Origin: Sphingobacteriales bacterium JAD_PAG50586_3
Lineage (GTDB): Bacteria > Bacteroidota > Bacteroidia > CAMBQF01
Assembly (NCBI GenBank): GCA_023213195.1
Contig: CP096135.1
Location: 946,616 to 1,010,615, forward strand
Direction of reading: 5' to 3'
Length of the DNA stretch: 64,000 nucleotides
Shown here: piece by piece, positions 50,869 to 62,833 of the stretch
Layout: each line of letters starts with the position of its first letter
How positions within the stretch are numbered: the stretch's first letter is position 1
The notes under the pieces: generated by a model
What the model saw: the letters and a program-made list of their open reading frames with translations, nothing else
Told to the model about the DNA's origin: nothing
The model's database searches: none
Translations under genes and position numbers: made by a program

Positions 50869-52321
50869 GCCCAAAAATCGCGCATTTTCATTTTTTCTTT
50901 AGCCAGCTTGGGTACAAAGAAAAACTGGTACAACTCCCACATCCACACCCGGCGGCCAATGCGGGTATACCAACGCATGGCGCTACGCAGCCGGGCCTCT
51001 TTATGAAAGAACAACCGTATTAGCGCGCTTGGCCTGGTTTGCATAATAACCTCTATCAGCTTAACATAGAGTATAACCATCCAAGGCTTTAGGTACTGCG
51101 TGGCTATTACCTTAGTGCTTATAGTCCCAGTAGCGTTGGTCGGTAAGTATAATGTCTTTGTCTTTAACATCGTCAAAATAAGGGGTCCATTTATGCGGTG
51201 TTACGTATAGCACCTGTACCTTGGTCGGGGTCGTAAGATAGTAGCTGCTTAAGGCTGTTGTAAAAGTCGCGGGTCTTTTCTTCGCCAAAGCCTACCACGT
51301 AGGTAGCCATAGAGAGTATACCATGTTGACGTAACAGGTTTATGGCTTCTTTGTCTTTAGATACCTGCCCGGCCTTTTTAATTTTGGCCAGCACCACTTC
51401 GTCGTAGTTCTCTATGCCCAGCAAAAACCGCTCAAAGCCCGCTTTTTTGTATAGGTGTAGAAACTCGGCATCGCGCACAATATTGTCAGCCCTTATAGAG
51501 CCTACCAATATCAGTTTAAGGTTTTTGGCAACCAGTGCCTCTAAAAACTCTCTCCAGGCTTTGGGGTTTGATGATGGGTTCTCATCGGCAAAGTTAAATA
51601 CCAGTACCCCGTATTCCTTATGCAGCATCTCCATTTCGTCGGCTAGCTTTTGCGGGTTGCGGTAGCGCCACTTTTTCCAAAACAGGCTTTGGCCGCAATA
51701 GGTGCAAGGGTAGGGGCACCCGCGCGAAAACTGTATAACTACCGCTTTGCGTTTCCCCCAATAGGTGTAGTTATAGCCCTTCATAAGTTCCCAACCTACA
51801 CGGTAGTCGTCAAGGTTTTTAATGGTTTCTGGGGTGTCGGTTTTAAAAGGTATGCCACCAATGTTGTAGGCAAGACCTTTTATATTTTCAAGCGGGGCGT
51901 TGGTGCTAAGGGCGGTTATAAGGTTAAGCACTACCTCTTCGCCCTCGCCGCATACTATGTAATCAATCTGGGGGTTGGTTTCCAGTATCTCTTTCCAGTG
52001 GTAGGTGGGGAACACCCCGCCAATAATAACCTGTATGTTGCTGTTTAGCTGCTTTACCTTTTGGGTAATATCGTTAATAATAGGCTGTGCCGATGTGGAA
52101 CCCGAGTGCCCCAGCATTATAACATCGGGGTTGTGGGCAACAACGCGGGCTACAATCTCCGAATGTTTCATGGGGCCAAATTCAGCATCCAGTAGTTCAA
52201 CATCATGGCCTGCATCTATCAGCGGCCCGCCAATAGATAATAAGCCCAAGGGTGGCAAATGTTCGTTGGGCATGCGGCTGCCAATAGAAAGGTGCGGTGG
52301 GTTGATAATAAGAATCTTCAT
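50865..52321 (-). CDS. B12-binding-domain radical SAM protein (two fragments, frameshift near 51180)
   Basis: N-terminal B12-binding-like domain. CPYPCTYCGQS radical-SAM cysteine motif. The C-terminal 100 aa are in a second frame. Confidence 0.7.
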
Positions 52322-52473
52322 TCAGCTATAGTCCTTGGTAATAATACGCAAACCGTACTTAATTATTTTGCTATGCCAAAGCTAATAGATTTAGAATAAT
52401 GGCGGGATAAATTGGTTGGGGAGAATTCAAAGAGGTGATAAAAACAAAAAAGGCAGCCATAAGCTACCTTTTG

Positions 52474-52558
52474 TACCCAGGACGGGACTTGAACCCGTAC
52501 ATCCTCAACAGATACAGGATTTTAAGTCCTGCGTGTCTACCAATTCCACCACCCGGGC
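52474..52558 (-). tRNA. tRNA-Leu (anticodon TAA)
   Basis: GCCCGGGTGGTGGAATTGGTAGACAC… Anticodon stem cagga/tcctg with loop ctTAAaa. Long variable arm. T-arm acggg-TTCAAGT-cccgt. CCA not encoded. Confidence 0.85.
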
Positions 52559-52641
52559 GAATCTTTTTCAAACATTGCCTTGGGAAGCCCGGGCAAAATT
52601 TTGTTTTAAATAACAAACCCTCTTTTTAAGAGGGTTTGCTT

Positions 52642-52717
<76 letters not shown>

Positions 52718-52780
52718 TTGAAGTGGGCTGCAAAAGTACATAAAATTTTAAAATCGCAAAATTTTATGCGAAATTTTTTC

Positions 52781-53470
52781 TTACCCTACTTTTTCGGCAA
52801 ACTTCTCTGTTGTTTTTTCTGCCGTAAGGTGCTTCAGGGCATCTGGGGTCATGCAGCTATTATCGCCATAATCAACCTCTATTTTACCCAGTTTGGTAGC
52901 AATATCAACGGCACGCCTGTTTAACCATTTGCTGTGGCTGCCAATGGCCATAAGGGCGGTATTCATGGCATCTTTCACAAAATTTTCTTCCGCTTGCAGG
53001 TTTTTCTCTATTATTTCCAGGTAAGGCTCAAAATACTCGTCGGGCAAAACGGTGTTACTTTTACAAATGGCAACAATACCAAGGTAGCCGCAACGGCGCA
53101 GGTTATTATTGGGGCTTTGGGCCCAGTCTTCTGATAGTTCTATTAAAAAGGGCACATAAGGCAACAGGTTAGAGCCTATAGAGTAAGATATCATCCACTC
53201 GTTATTACCCATAATCCATTTTTCCAGTTGGTTGCGGGTAACAAGGGCCGGGTCGGCAATAAGGCTGGCCAGTATGCGGGTATCATAATACTCTTCGTCC
53301 CAAAGTTCAAGGGACAAATCGTGGTCTTTCCCCATTTTTTTGGCCTGCGCCTTTAGCTTGGTTATGCCCAGGCCAAAAGATTTAACACCATTGCCGGTGC
53401 GCTCCATTAAACGTATGCCGCGCTCATCTTTATTGGCTTCCAGCCACTGTAATACCTCTTTCTTTGTCAT
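52781..53470 (-). CDS. DNA alkylation repair protein (AlkD/AlkC-like HEAT-repeat glycosylase family)
   Basis: 229-aa all-helical protein. …GITKLKAQAKKMGKDHDLSLELW…RILASLI… is typical of the DNA_alkylation family. Confidence 0.6.
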   Translation of the reverse strand: MTKKEVLQWLEANKDERGIRLMERTGNGVKSFGLGITKLKAQAKKMGKDHDLSLELWDEEYYDTRILASLIADPALVTRNQLEKWIMGNNEWMISYSIGSNLLPYVPFLIELSEDWAQSPNNNLRRCGYLGIVAICKSNTVLPDEYFEPYLEIIEKNLQAEENFVKDAMNTALMAIGSHSKWLNRRAVDIATKLGKIEVDYGDNSCMTPDALKHLTAEKTTEKFAEKVG

Positions 53471-53559
53471 ACCGTTTTCCGTTAATTGGGGTAATAATAA
53501 TAAATTTTTGTGTGGGTAAAAGTAGGTAAAGGTTTTTATATTTAAATTTATAGTTGATA

Positions 53560-53830
53560 GGGTTGGTAATAAAGAAACTAATAATACTTGTAATAATAAC
53601 TTGCATTGGGTTGCCGCTAACAGCCCAGCGCTTTAGGGGCTTGCGCAGTAAAGGGGTTGGGCTGGGTGTAGGTATGTGCAATATCCTTTCCCCGGGCAAA
53701 CAACAACCGGCGAGCAACGTGGCGACCCACGTTATAACGATGTGTACATGACCATGATGTTTAATGTCAACATTATGATATTAGACGACAGGGGCCGCCG
53801 CCCTAAATTTTTTACCTGGGCCAGCCGTTT
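53560..53830 (+). pseudogene. remnant DUF6089 gene with an internal deletion (signal-peptide region fused to the last ~45 codons)
   Basis: …LPLTAQRFRGL… (matches the N-terminus of 53927 gene) and EQRGDPRYNDVYMTMMFNVNIMILDDRGRRPKFFTWASRF* (matches the C-terminus …EQRGDPRDKDVYMMLLFNVNYKLTDSRGRLPKFFSWASRF*). Confidence 0.5.
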
Positions 53831-53926
53831 TTAAGTTTATGCTTGATGCAGTAATGATTTAGCGAAAATTTAATGGTAAAATTTGGCTAAAGTTGTTATA
53901 TTTGTTCTCTAATTAGGCATAGAGTA

Positions 53927-54842
53927 TGAAAAAACTACTTCTTATAGCGGCAGTATTGTTAGGGCTTATGCCTTTGCAAGCGCAGCGTTTCAGGGGCTTA
54001 TGCAGCTAGAGGCAAGGTTGGGCGTAGGTACGTCTAACACCCTGTCTGAGCTGGGTGGGGCCAACCGCATTGGTACGCACTTTTACCGCGATTATGAAAT
54101 TGTTATGACCCGCCCTGCGGTTCATTTTGGTGTACGTTACTATATTCCTGAGTCGCGTTGGGCAGGCACCTTCAACATTGTTTATGCACGCGTTGCCGGT
54201 AGGGATAACCTTACCAAAGACCCATATCGCGAAAACCGCAACCTTAACTTCCGCTCTTATATTTTAGAGTTTTCAGTTCAGGGCGAGTATTATTTCCGCA
54301 AAAAACAAACCGGTGCACGTTATTCTATCCGCGAGGTAGTGGGTGCTAAACAGGTTAATATGGACTGGTACCTTTTTGGCGGTATTGGCGGGTTCTTTTT
54401 TAACCCAAAAGGCCAATATAATGGAAACTGGTATGCTTTGCAACCATTAAATACCGAAGGGCAGACATTGTTACCTACCCGTAAAAAATACAGCCGCTTT
54501 ACCGGTTGCATACCTTTGGGCCTTGGTGGCAAATACGGTATTAATAACCAAATAAGTGTTGGTTTTGAAGCCGGTTTCCGTTACACGTTTACTGATTATC
54601 TTGACGATGTTAGCACAACATACGTTGACCCTGCCGTATTAATTGGCGGCAACAGTCAGCTTTCTGCCACCCTTGCCGACCCTAGTCTGGGAACTGTTCC
54701 TAACCAAACAGGCATTGGAGAGCAGCGTGGCGACCCACGTGATAAAGACGTTTACATGATGCTTTTGTTTAACGTTAACTACAAACTAACAGATTCACGC
54801 GGCCGCCTTCCGAAATTTTTCTCGTGGGCAAGTCGCTTTTAA
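53927..54842 (+). CDS. DUF6089-family outer-membrane beta-barrel protein (frameshift near 53995)
   Basis: MKKLLLIAAVLLGLMPLQAQRFRG|MQLEARLGVGTSNTLSELGG… Paralogous to the next gene. …FTDYLDDVSTTY… shared motif. Confidence 0.6.
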
Positions 54843-54880
54843 TCCTAACTATTTTCAACTTTTTTGCGTTTAGGTTATTA

Positions 54881-55702
54881 ATGAGAAAGATAGCGTGCTC
54901 AATTATTCTTGCTTTATTGGTTGTATCTGTTCAGGCACAACGTTCGCAAGTGGGCCTTGTTGGTGGGGTTACCTACTACTTAGGAGATTTAAATCCCAAC
55001 AAACAGTTTTATAAAATAAAACCGGCAGGGGGTATATTCTACCGTTATAACATGAACCCGCGCATGGCCGTTAGGGGTAATATTATTTACGGCGGCATAG
55101 AGGCTAATGATGCCGACTCTAAAGACACCTTTGCTATAAACCGCAACCTTGCCTTTAAATCTATGTTGCTTGAGTTTTCGGGCTATTTCGAATTTAACTT
55201 TTTTAATTACATACTTGGCGACCCTCAATACCCTTTTACCCCTTACGTATTTGCAGGCGCGTCTATTTTCCGCTTTAACCCTAAGGCCGAATTAAATGGC
55301 GAAGAGTTTGCCTTACAGCCTTTGGGTACCGAAGGCCAGGGAACAACTGCCTACCCCGACAGGAAAAAATACTCGCTTACCAACCCATCGGTATTGTTTG
55401 GGGTGGGCTTAAAGTGGAACGTTTTCAGGGGCTTTGGTATGGGCTTGGAATGGGGCATGCGCCGCACCTTTACTGATTATCTGGATGATGTAAGTAAAAC
55501 CTATGCCGATGTGGCCGCCCTTTCAGCAGAAAACGGCCCCGATGCAGCAGCCCTTTCAGACCGCTCTGCCGACCCGGGTACTAATACAGACCGCCAGCGT
55601 GGCAATACCAAAACAAAAGATTGGTTCTCCTTTGCAGGTTTGTCAATAACATTCAATATAAAAGGCAAGCAATCGCAGTGCCCTGCATACCCTAATCATT
55701 AA
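54881..55702 (+). CDS. DUF6089-family outer-membrane beta-barrel protein (paralog)
   Basis: MRKIACSIILALLVVSVQAQRSQVGLVGGVTYYLGDLNP…FTDYLDDVSKTY…. Confidence 0.6.
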   Translation: MRKIACSIILALLVVSVQAQRSQVGLVGGVTYYLGDLNPNKQFYKIKPAGGIFYRYNMNPRMAVRGNIIYGGIEANDADSKDTFAINRNLAFKSMLLEFSGYFEFNFFNYILGDPQYPFTPYVFAGASIFRFNPKAELNGEEFALQPLGTEGQGTTAYPDRKKYSLTNPSVLFGVGLKWNVFRGFGMGLEWGMRRTFTDYLDDVSKTYADVAALSAENGPDAAALSDRSADPGTNTDRQRGNTKTKDWFSFAGLSITFNIKGKQSQCPAYPNH

Positions 55703-55716
55703 TACATTATTATAAG

Positions 55717-56481
55717 GTGGCAGAAGAAATCCTGAAAAGTAAAATTGTAAAAGATAAAGTACCTGCCCACGTAGCAGTAATAATGGATGGCAATGGCCGG
55801 TGGGCCAAACAGCGCGGCATGATGCGTGTGCTGGGTCATAAAAATGCAATTAAAGCCGTTAGGGATACTGTAGAAGCCGCTGCCGAACTGGGTGTTAAGC
55901 ACCTTACCATGTATGCTTTTTCTACTGAGAATTGGAACAGGCCTAAAATGGAGGTTGACGCTCTTATGGACCTTTTGGTATCTACCATACAAGGCGAAGT
56001 AAAAACCCTTAACCAGAATAAGATTAAGCTAAACGCCATTGGCGATATAGACAGCCTGCCCGTTAAAACCCGCAAAGAACTGTTAAAGGCTATAGACGAT
56101 ACCGCCGGTAATAACCACATGACGTTGCACCTGGCCCTTAGCTATAGCGGCCGCAGCGAGATTATGCGGGCTATTAAAAATATGATGTTTGATCTGGAAA
56201 GCAATAAAATTGAAAGGTCGGCGTTGAATGATGACTTGTTTGCACAGTACCTTTATACTGCCGGTATTCCCGACCCTGAGTTGCTTATACGCACCAGCGG
56301 AGAACACCGCATAAGTAACTTTTTACTGTGGCAAATGGCGTATACCGAGTTTTATTTTACTGAAAAACTATGGCCCGACTTTAGAAAGGCCGACTTTTTT
56401 GATGCTGTGCTAGACTACCAATCGCGCGAAAGGCGCTTTGGTAAAACCAGCGAGCAGGTGGACAAGAAAACCAAACCCTGA
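55717..56481 (+). CDS. uppS: isoprenyl transferase (undecaprenyl diphosphate synthase)
   Basis: HVAVIMDGNGRWA…YAFSTENW…ELLIRTSGE…RISNFLLWQ…. Confidence 0.9.
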   Translation: MAEEILKSKIVKDKVPAHVAVIMDGNGRWAKQRGMMRVLGHKNAIKAVRDTVEAAAELGVKHLTMYAFSTENWNRPKMEVDALMDLLVSTIQGEVKTLNQNKIKLNAIGDIDSLPVKTRKELLKAIDDTAGNNHMTLHLALSYSGRSEIMRAIKNMMFDLESNKIERSALNDDLFAQYLYTAGIPDPELLIRTSGEHRISNFLLWQMAYTEFYFTEKLWPDFRKADFFDAVLDYQSRERRFGKTSEQVDKKTKP

Positions 56482-56486
56482 TAAAT

Positions 56487-58944
56487 ATGCAGAGAACCAG
56501 ACAAACATGGTTGTTGCCTCTGCTAATTATTGTATTACACGCTTTACAGGCCGATGCCCAAACGCCTGTTGATTCTTTAAAACCCAATTACATTAACCCC
56601 ACCCAATATGAGGTTGGCGGCATTGATTTTGTTGGCCTTAAACGGCACAAGAAAGATGTGTTGCTGTCTATTATTGGCCTGCGCGTTGGCGACAAGGTAG
56701 AGGTGCCTAGCGAAAAGCTGGCCGACATTATTGACTACCTATGGAAACAAAACCTGTTTAGCGATATTAAACTCAACGTAGACAGCATTGTTGAGGGTAA
56801 GATTTACCTAGCTTTTCAGGTAGAGGAAATTGCCTACCAGGCCGGGCCGGTTAAGCTAAATGGCATTAGCAGGGCCGAAGCAAACAAGCTATCAACCAAA
56901 CTCAAACCCTATGCAACAGGCACTATTAGCCAACAGCATATTCTTTCCATAACCACCCTTATTACCAATTATTATAAAGATAAGGGGTATTACAACGTGT
57001 TTGTAAGTACCCGCCAACTGCCCGCAAAGGTTGATACCAATATGGTACAGCTTGTTGCTGATATTACAACAGGCCCAAGGGTAAAAATCAATAGTATAGA
57101 TATTGTGGGCAACAGGGCAGTGGCCGATACTAAGCTGCGCCGGGTGATGAAAGACACCAAAGAGCGGCGTTGGTTCAACATCTTTAAAACATCAAAATAC
57201 AATGCCGAAGCCTATACTAAAGATAAGCAGCGCATAATAGATTACTACAACCAACTGGGCCACCGCGATGCTGAGGTGGTTAAAGACAGTGTTTACCTGT
57301 TCAGCCCCAAGCGGTTAAACATCAGCATTACTATAGATGAGCATAAGGTATATTACTATGGCAATATAACATGGGTGGGCAACACCAAATACAGTACCGA
57401 TACCCTGAATCGTGTGCTGGGTATAAAGCCTGGCGAGGTGTACGACAAAAGCAAGCTGAACGAAGCCTTGTATATGAATGCTGCGGGAAACGATATTACA
57501 TCGCTATACATGGATAATGGCTACTTGTTTTTTAATGTAACACCAGTAGAGACAGGCCTTAATGGCGATAGTATTAACCTGGAGATGCACATTTACGAAG
57601 GGAAACCTGCCACCATTGGCGGCATAAGCATAAAAGGCAACACCCGCACGCAAGACCATGTAATTCTGCGTGAGGTATATACCAAGCCCGGCCAGTTATT
57701 TAAGCGCAGCGATATTATACTAAGCCAACAGGCATTAATACGGCTTGGCTATTTTAACCCCGAAGCCTTGCAGGTAAACCCCATACCCAATCCTGCAAAT
57801 GGCACTGTTGACATTGAATATGTGGTAGAAGAAAAACCCACCGACCAGATACAGCTATCGGGGGGCATTGCGGCGGGTAAAATTGTGGGTACACTGTCGT
57901 TGGTGATGAATAATTTTTCGTTTAAAAGCATAGGCAAAAAAGACCGATGGCAGCCGCTCCTTCTGGCGATGGGCAGCGAGTAGCATTAAGCGCGCAAAGC
58001 AACGGGGCCTCATTTCAATCGTACAGCCTTAGTGTAACAGAACCGTGGTTGGGTGGTAAAAAACCGAACTCGCTTACGGGCAATGTGTTGTACAACGCGC
58101 AACGGTACGATAGTAACCGAAAGTTTAGCGCCTTGGGTTTCACGGTAGGCTTGGGCAACCGCTGGAAAAAGCCCGATAACTTCTTCAGCTCGTTCTACAC
58201 CATCAACTTTTATAAATACAAGGCCGATAGCTTTCCCGGAATTGATTTTAATGGCGACAGGTACGATGTTAATGTGGGTGTAAGCGTATCGCGCAGTTCG
58301 TTAGATGGTAAGGATTATCCAATGGAAGGCTCATCGTTTACCCTGGGGTGCAGGCAACGCCTCCGTGGTCGGGCAGCAGGTCTTTTACCGCGCAAAACCC
58401 ACCCAAAATGGTAGAGTACCACAAATGGAATTTTGATGCCCTTTGGTACCAAAAAATAGTAGGCAAACTGGTATTTAAAGCATCAGCAGCCGTGGGGTAT
58501 TTGGGCTACTACAACAAAAAACTGGGCCTTGCGCCGGTAAACCGCTTTTATATGGGCGGGGTGCAACTGGCTGCAACCAGCTTTGTAGGGCAGGAGTACA
58601 TTAATATGCGGGGGTACGAGAATGGAAGCCTGTCGCCCACGGGAGGCAGTGCGCTATACAACCGTTTTGTGCTGGAACTGCGCCACCCTATTTTGCTAAA
58701 ACCCGAAGCCGGGGTTAGCATTTATGGCCTTGCCTTTGCCGAGGCGGGCAATGTGTGGAGTGGAGTAAAAGACTATAACCCATCGGTACTAAAACGTTCT
58801 GTCGGGGCGGGCGTTAGGGTGGTGGTGCCTATGTTTGGGCTTATTGGGGTAGATGCGGGCTATGGTTTCGACACAAAATCAATACCCGGATATAGTGGAA
58901 ACCCGTGGCAATTCCACTTTGTTATAGGGCGTGATATCAAATAA
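56487..58944 (+). CDS. bamA: outer membrane protein assembly factor BamA, copy 1 (three fragments, two single-G/T homopolymer frameshifts near 57950 and 58345)
   Basis: Signal peptide, POTRA repeats, C-terminal Omp85 barrel ending …NPWQFHFVIGRDIK. Confidence 0.8.
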
Positions 58945-59019
58945 AGCGTATTTTTGCAATATTTTTAAAAATTCTGCGTTTACCTAAACCGTAAAAGCAA
59001 CTGGAACACAAGCCATAGA

Positions 59020-61538
59020 GTGAAGAAATTATATACAGCGCCAAAGTATTTTAAACAAATAGTTTTAGGCCTTTTCCTTTTATTAACCGTAGGCGCAAAC
59101 GCCCAAATTACCATTGGTGGCGACTCTATTATTGTAGACTATGCCAGCCCTACAGAATATGAAATTGCGGCCATCACGGTAGATGGTGTTCAGTTTTACG
59201 ATAAAGGCATTATCGTAATGCTATCGGGCCTTAGCCATTGGCGATAAGATTGATATACCCGGTGATAAGCTTTCTACAGCCATTGAAAACCTTTGGAAAC
59301 AGGGCCTTTTCGGCAATATTGAAATTATAGCTGATAAAATAGAGGGCAAAAAAATATTCCTGCGCTTAAAACTGGAAGAAAGGCCGCGCCTATCAAGCTT
59401 CGCGTTTAAAGGCATACCCCGTTCTGAAGCCGATAAGCTGCGCGATAAGATTAAGCTGATACGTGACAAGGTGGTTAACGATGAGCTTATTATTTCTACC
59501 CAAAACCTGGTTAAAGAATATTACAGGGATAAAGGCTATTACGATGCCGAGGTTAACATTACCCAAACCCCCGATACCTCTAATGCCAACAAGGTTGTGC
59601 TTTTCATCAACGTAAAGCAAAACAACAAAATCAAGATTAATAAAATCAATATTATTGGCAACAGCATGGTGGCCGATGCCAAAATACGCCGCCAGTTAAA
59701 AGACACCAAAGAGAAAAAGTGGTACAGCCTGTTTTCTACCTCTAAGTTTATAGAGGAGAATTATAAAAAGGATAAGCAGAAGATAATTGACCTGTATAAC
59801 GAGCAGGGCTTTAGGGATGCTACCATTGTTAAAGACACCGTTTACCGTTACGATAATAAAACGCTGAACATTGATATTGTGGTAGAAGAAGGCCGTAAGT
59901 ACTACTTCCGCAACATTACATGGGTGGGCAATACCAAATACTCTTCAGACACACTTAACCGTGTATTGAACATTAAAAGGGGCGATGTTTATAACCAGGC
60001 TACCTTAGAGGGGGCCTTGTTCACCAGCCAAAACGGTACCGATGTATCATCGTTGTACATGGATATGGGTTACCTTTTCTTTAACGTTACCCCTGTAGAG
60101 GTTGCCGTAGTGGGCGACTCTATAGACTTTGAAATGCGCATGTACGAAGGCCGCCCTGCCACCATTAATAAGATTACCATTGTTGGCAACACCAAAACCA
60201 ACGACCATGTTATCCTGCGCGAGGTGCTAACCAAGCCGGGCCAGCTTTTCCGCAGGTCTGATATTATTTCAACACAGCGTTTCCTTGCACAGTTAGGCTA
60301 TTTTAACCCCGAGGCTTTGCAGGTAAACCCTAAGCCCGACCCTATAAACGGTACGGTTGATATTGAGTATGTGGTTGAAGAAAAACCATCAGACCAGATA
60401 GAACTTTCAGGTGGTTGGGGTGCAGGCCGTTTGGTAGGCACACTGGGTGTTACCTTCAACAACTTCTCGGCCCGCAATATGTTTAAAAAAGGCATGTGGC
60501 GCCCATTGCCTGCCGGCGATGGTCAGCGTTTATCAATCCGCGGCCAAACAAACGGTATCTTCTTCCAATCATACAACCTGTCGTTTACAGAGCGCTTGGT
60601 TAGGTGGGCGCAAGCCAAACTCATTAACGGTTTCTGTGTTCCATACAGCCCAGTCTAACGGCTACCCAAAATCTGATGTTAACCGTGTAGCCCTGCGTGT
60701 TACCGGAGCTACCATTGGCCTTGGTACACGTTGGAAACGCCCCGACAATTACTTCAACGCTTTTTACAGTGTTAACTTTCAGTACTACGATAACCAAAAG
60801 TATATATCAAGCATTTCAACAAAGTCGTACAGCGCCACGCTGGGCTTCTCGGTATCGCGTAACTCTATAGACCAGCCTATTTACCCACGCGAGGGGTCTA
60901 ACATATCACTATCTGTAAACGCCACACCACCATGGCCGTTGCGTGTTAACGATGGTAAGCTTGGCTTTAGGACATTTGGCGATGATAACGATGCCCGCTT
61001 TAAGTTTGTAGAATACCACAAGTGGAAACTGGATTTAACATGGTACCACGCCCTTGCAGGCAAATTGGTACTTAGCGCCCGTGCCCACTTAGGCTACTTG
61101 GGTTACTATAATAAAGATATTGGCACATCGTTGTTCGAGCGTTTCCAGGTAGGTGGCTCGGGCTTATCTAACTTTAACCTGGTAGGTACAGAAATTGTGG
61201 CCCTGCGTGGTTACCCTGATGGTAGCTTATCGCCTGCCAATAACCAGGGCAGCGCCATGTTCAACAGGTATATTTTAGAGTTGCGCTACCCTGTATCGCT
61301 AAACCCACAGGCTACAGTATTTGGCCTTGCATTTTTAGAGGGCGGCAACACGTGGGATAAAATACGCGACTTTAACCCCTTCAACATTAAACGCTCTGCC
61401 GGTGTTGGTGTAAGGGTGTTTTTACCCATGTTTGGTATGCTTGGTTTAGATTATGGCTATGGCTTTGATAAGATAGACCGCCTTGGCAGCACCCAGCAGC
61501 GTGGCAACATACACTTTATTATAGGCCAGCAGTTTTAA
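59020..61538 (+). CDS. BamA paralog, copy 2 (three fragments, frameshifts near 59240 and 60590)
   Basis: Same architecture. Long identical blocks with copy 1 (e.g. NITWVGNTKYS.DTLNRVL, GYLFFNVTPVE, GNTKTNDHVILREV.TKPGQLF.RSDII, GYFNPEALQVNP.P.P.NGTVDIEYVVEEKP.DQI.LSGG). Confidence 0.75.
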
Positions 61539-61660
61539 TGCACAATTCATAATGCATAATTATTTGCGCTGAACAAACATTTTGCACTTTGCATTATTCA
61601 TTTTGAATTAATTTGCACGGTAATTGAGTAGTTATAGAATAGATTTAAAATTTAACACCA

Positions 61661-62245
61661 ATGAAAAGGATAATAGCCATTGTTTTTGCCCTGTTTTTAG
61701 CTTTAGGCTTAAACGCGCAAAAGTTTGCTTATGTAGACAGCCAATACATATTAGACAATATTCCCGATTATAAATCGGCACAGGCGCAGTTAGATAAATA
61801 CTCGCTGCAATGGCAAAAAGAAATACAGGCTAAGTTTGATGAGCTTGATAAGCTGTACAAAGACTTTCAGGCCGATGCTATTTTGCTTACCGAAGAGATG
61901 CGTAAAAAACGTGAAGACGAAATCTTAGATAAAGAAAAGCAAGCCAAAGAATTGCAAAAAAACCGCTTTGGTAAAGATGGCGACTTGTTTAAAAAACGCC
62001 AAGAGCTTGTAAAACCTATACAAGACAAGGTATACAATGCGCTAAAAGATTTTGCAACCACTAAAAACTACGCGGTAATCTTTGATAAATCAAGCGACTT
62101 AACAATTTTATACGCTAACCCTAAGTATGACATTAGCGATGAGATATTAGACGAAATGGGCTTTAAAAACACCAGCAGCGATGATAGTGGCTCTGGCAGC
62201 GGCGGCGGTACAGGCGGTGGCACTACCGGTGGCGATAAAAAATAA
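61661..62245 (+). CDS. OmpH/Skp-family periplasmic chaperone
   Basis: Signal peptide, coiled-coil OmpH profile. Gly/Ser-rich tail. Confidence 0.75.
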   Translation: MKRIIAIVFALFLALGLNAQKFAYVDSQYILDNIPDYKSAQAQLDKYSLQWQKEIQAKFDELDKLYKDFQADAILLTEEMRKKREDEILDKEKQAKELQKNRFGKDGDLFKKRQELVKPIQDKVYNALKDFATTKNYAVIFDKSSDLTILYANPKYDISDEILDEMGFKNTSSDDSGSGSGGGTGGGTTGGDKK

Positions 62246-62264
62246 TCAGTTTTAAAAACAGTAA

Positions 62265-62780
62265 ATGAAAAAGTTAGCAATAATAGCACTCCTTGCCCTA
62301 TCGGCACTCAACGTAAACGCACAGGTAAAAGCTAAGTACGGTTGGATTAACTCATCAGAGTTATTAGATATTATGCCTGAAAGGAAAAAGGCAGCAGTTT
62401 CTATAGACTCTATGGTTAAAGCCGAAGAAAGCATCATCAAAATATTGAATGATGATTACGAGTCGAAGCTTAAAAAGCTAAATACCGAGGCTGCCAAAAT
62501 GACCCCCGACCAACTGGCCCGTGCAAAAGACGAGTTAGCTAAAATTGAGGATGCTATTTACATGCAAACCCAAGGCGCACGAGATAAAGTACAAAAAAGG
62601 AGCAGGAACTGCTTAACCCTTTGTTAGATAAGGTATCTACCGCTATTAAAGATGTAGCTAAAGAAAACGGCTATACCTATGTGTTTGATATTAGCTTAGG
62701 CTAAGGCACTTGTTTACCCCGATGGCGACAACATGATTAAGCTGGTTAAGAAAAAACTGGGCTTGCCGGTAATGGACTAA
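62265..62780 (+). CDS. OmpH/Skp-family chaperone, second copy (frameshifts near 62600 and 62700)
   Basis: MKKLAIIALLALSALNVNAQVKAKYGWINSSELL… The C-terminus …YTYVFDISLG|ALVYPDGDNMIKLVKKKLGLPVMD* is split across frames. Confidence 0.65.
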
Positions 62781-62833
62781 CAAGCCTTTGTATGTAACAG
62801 ATCCTGAAACTAGTTCAGGATGACGTGAACAGG

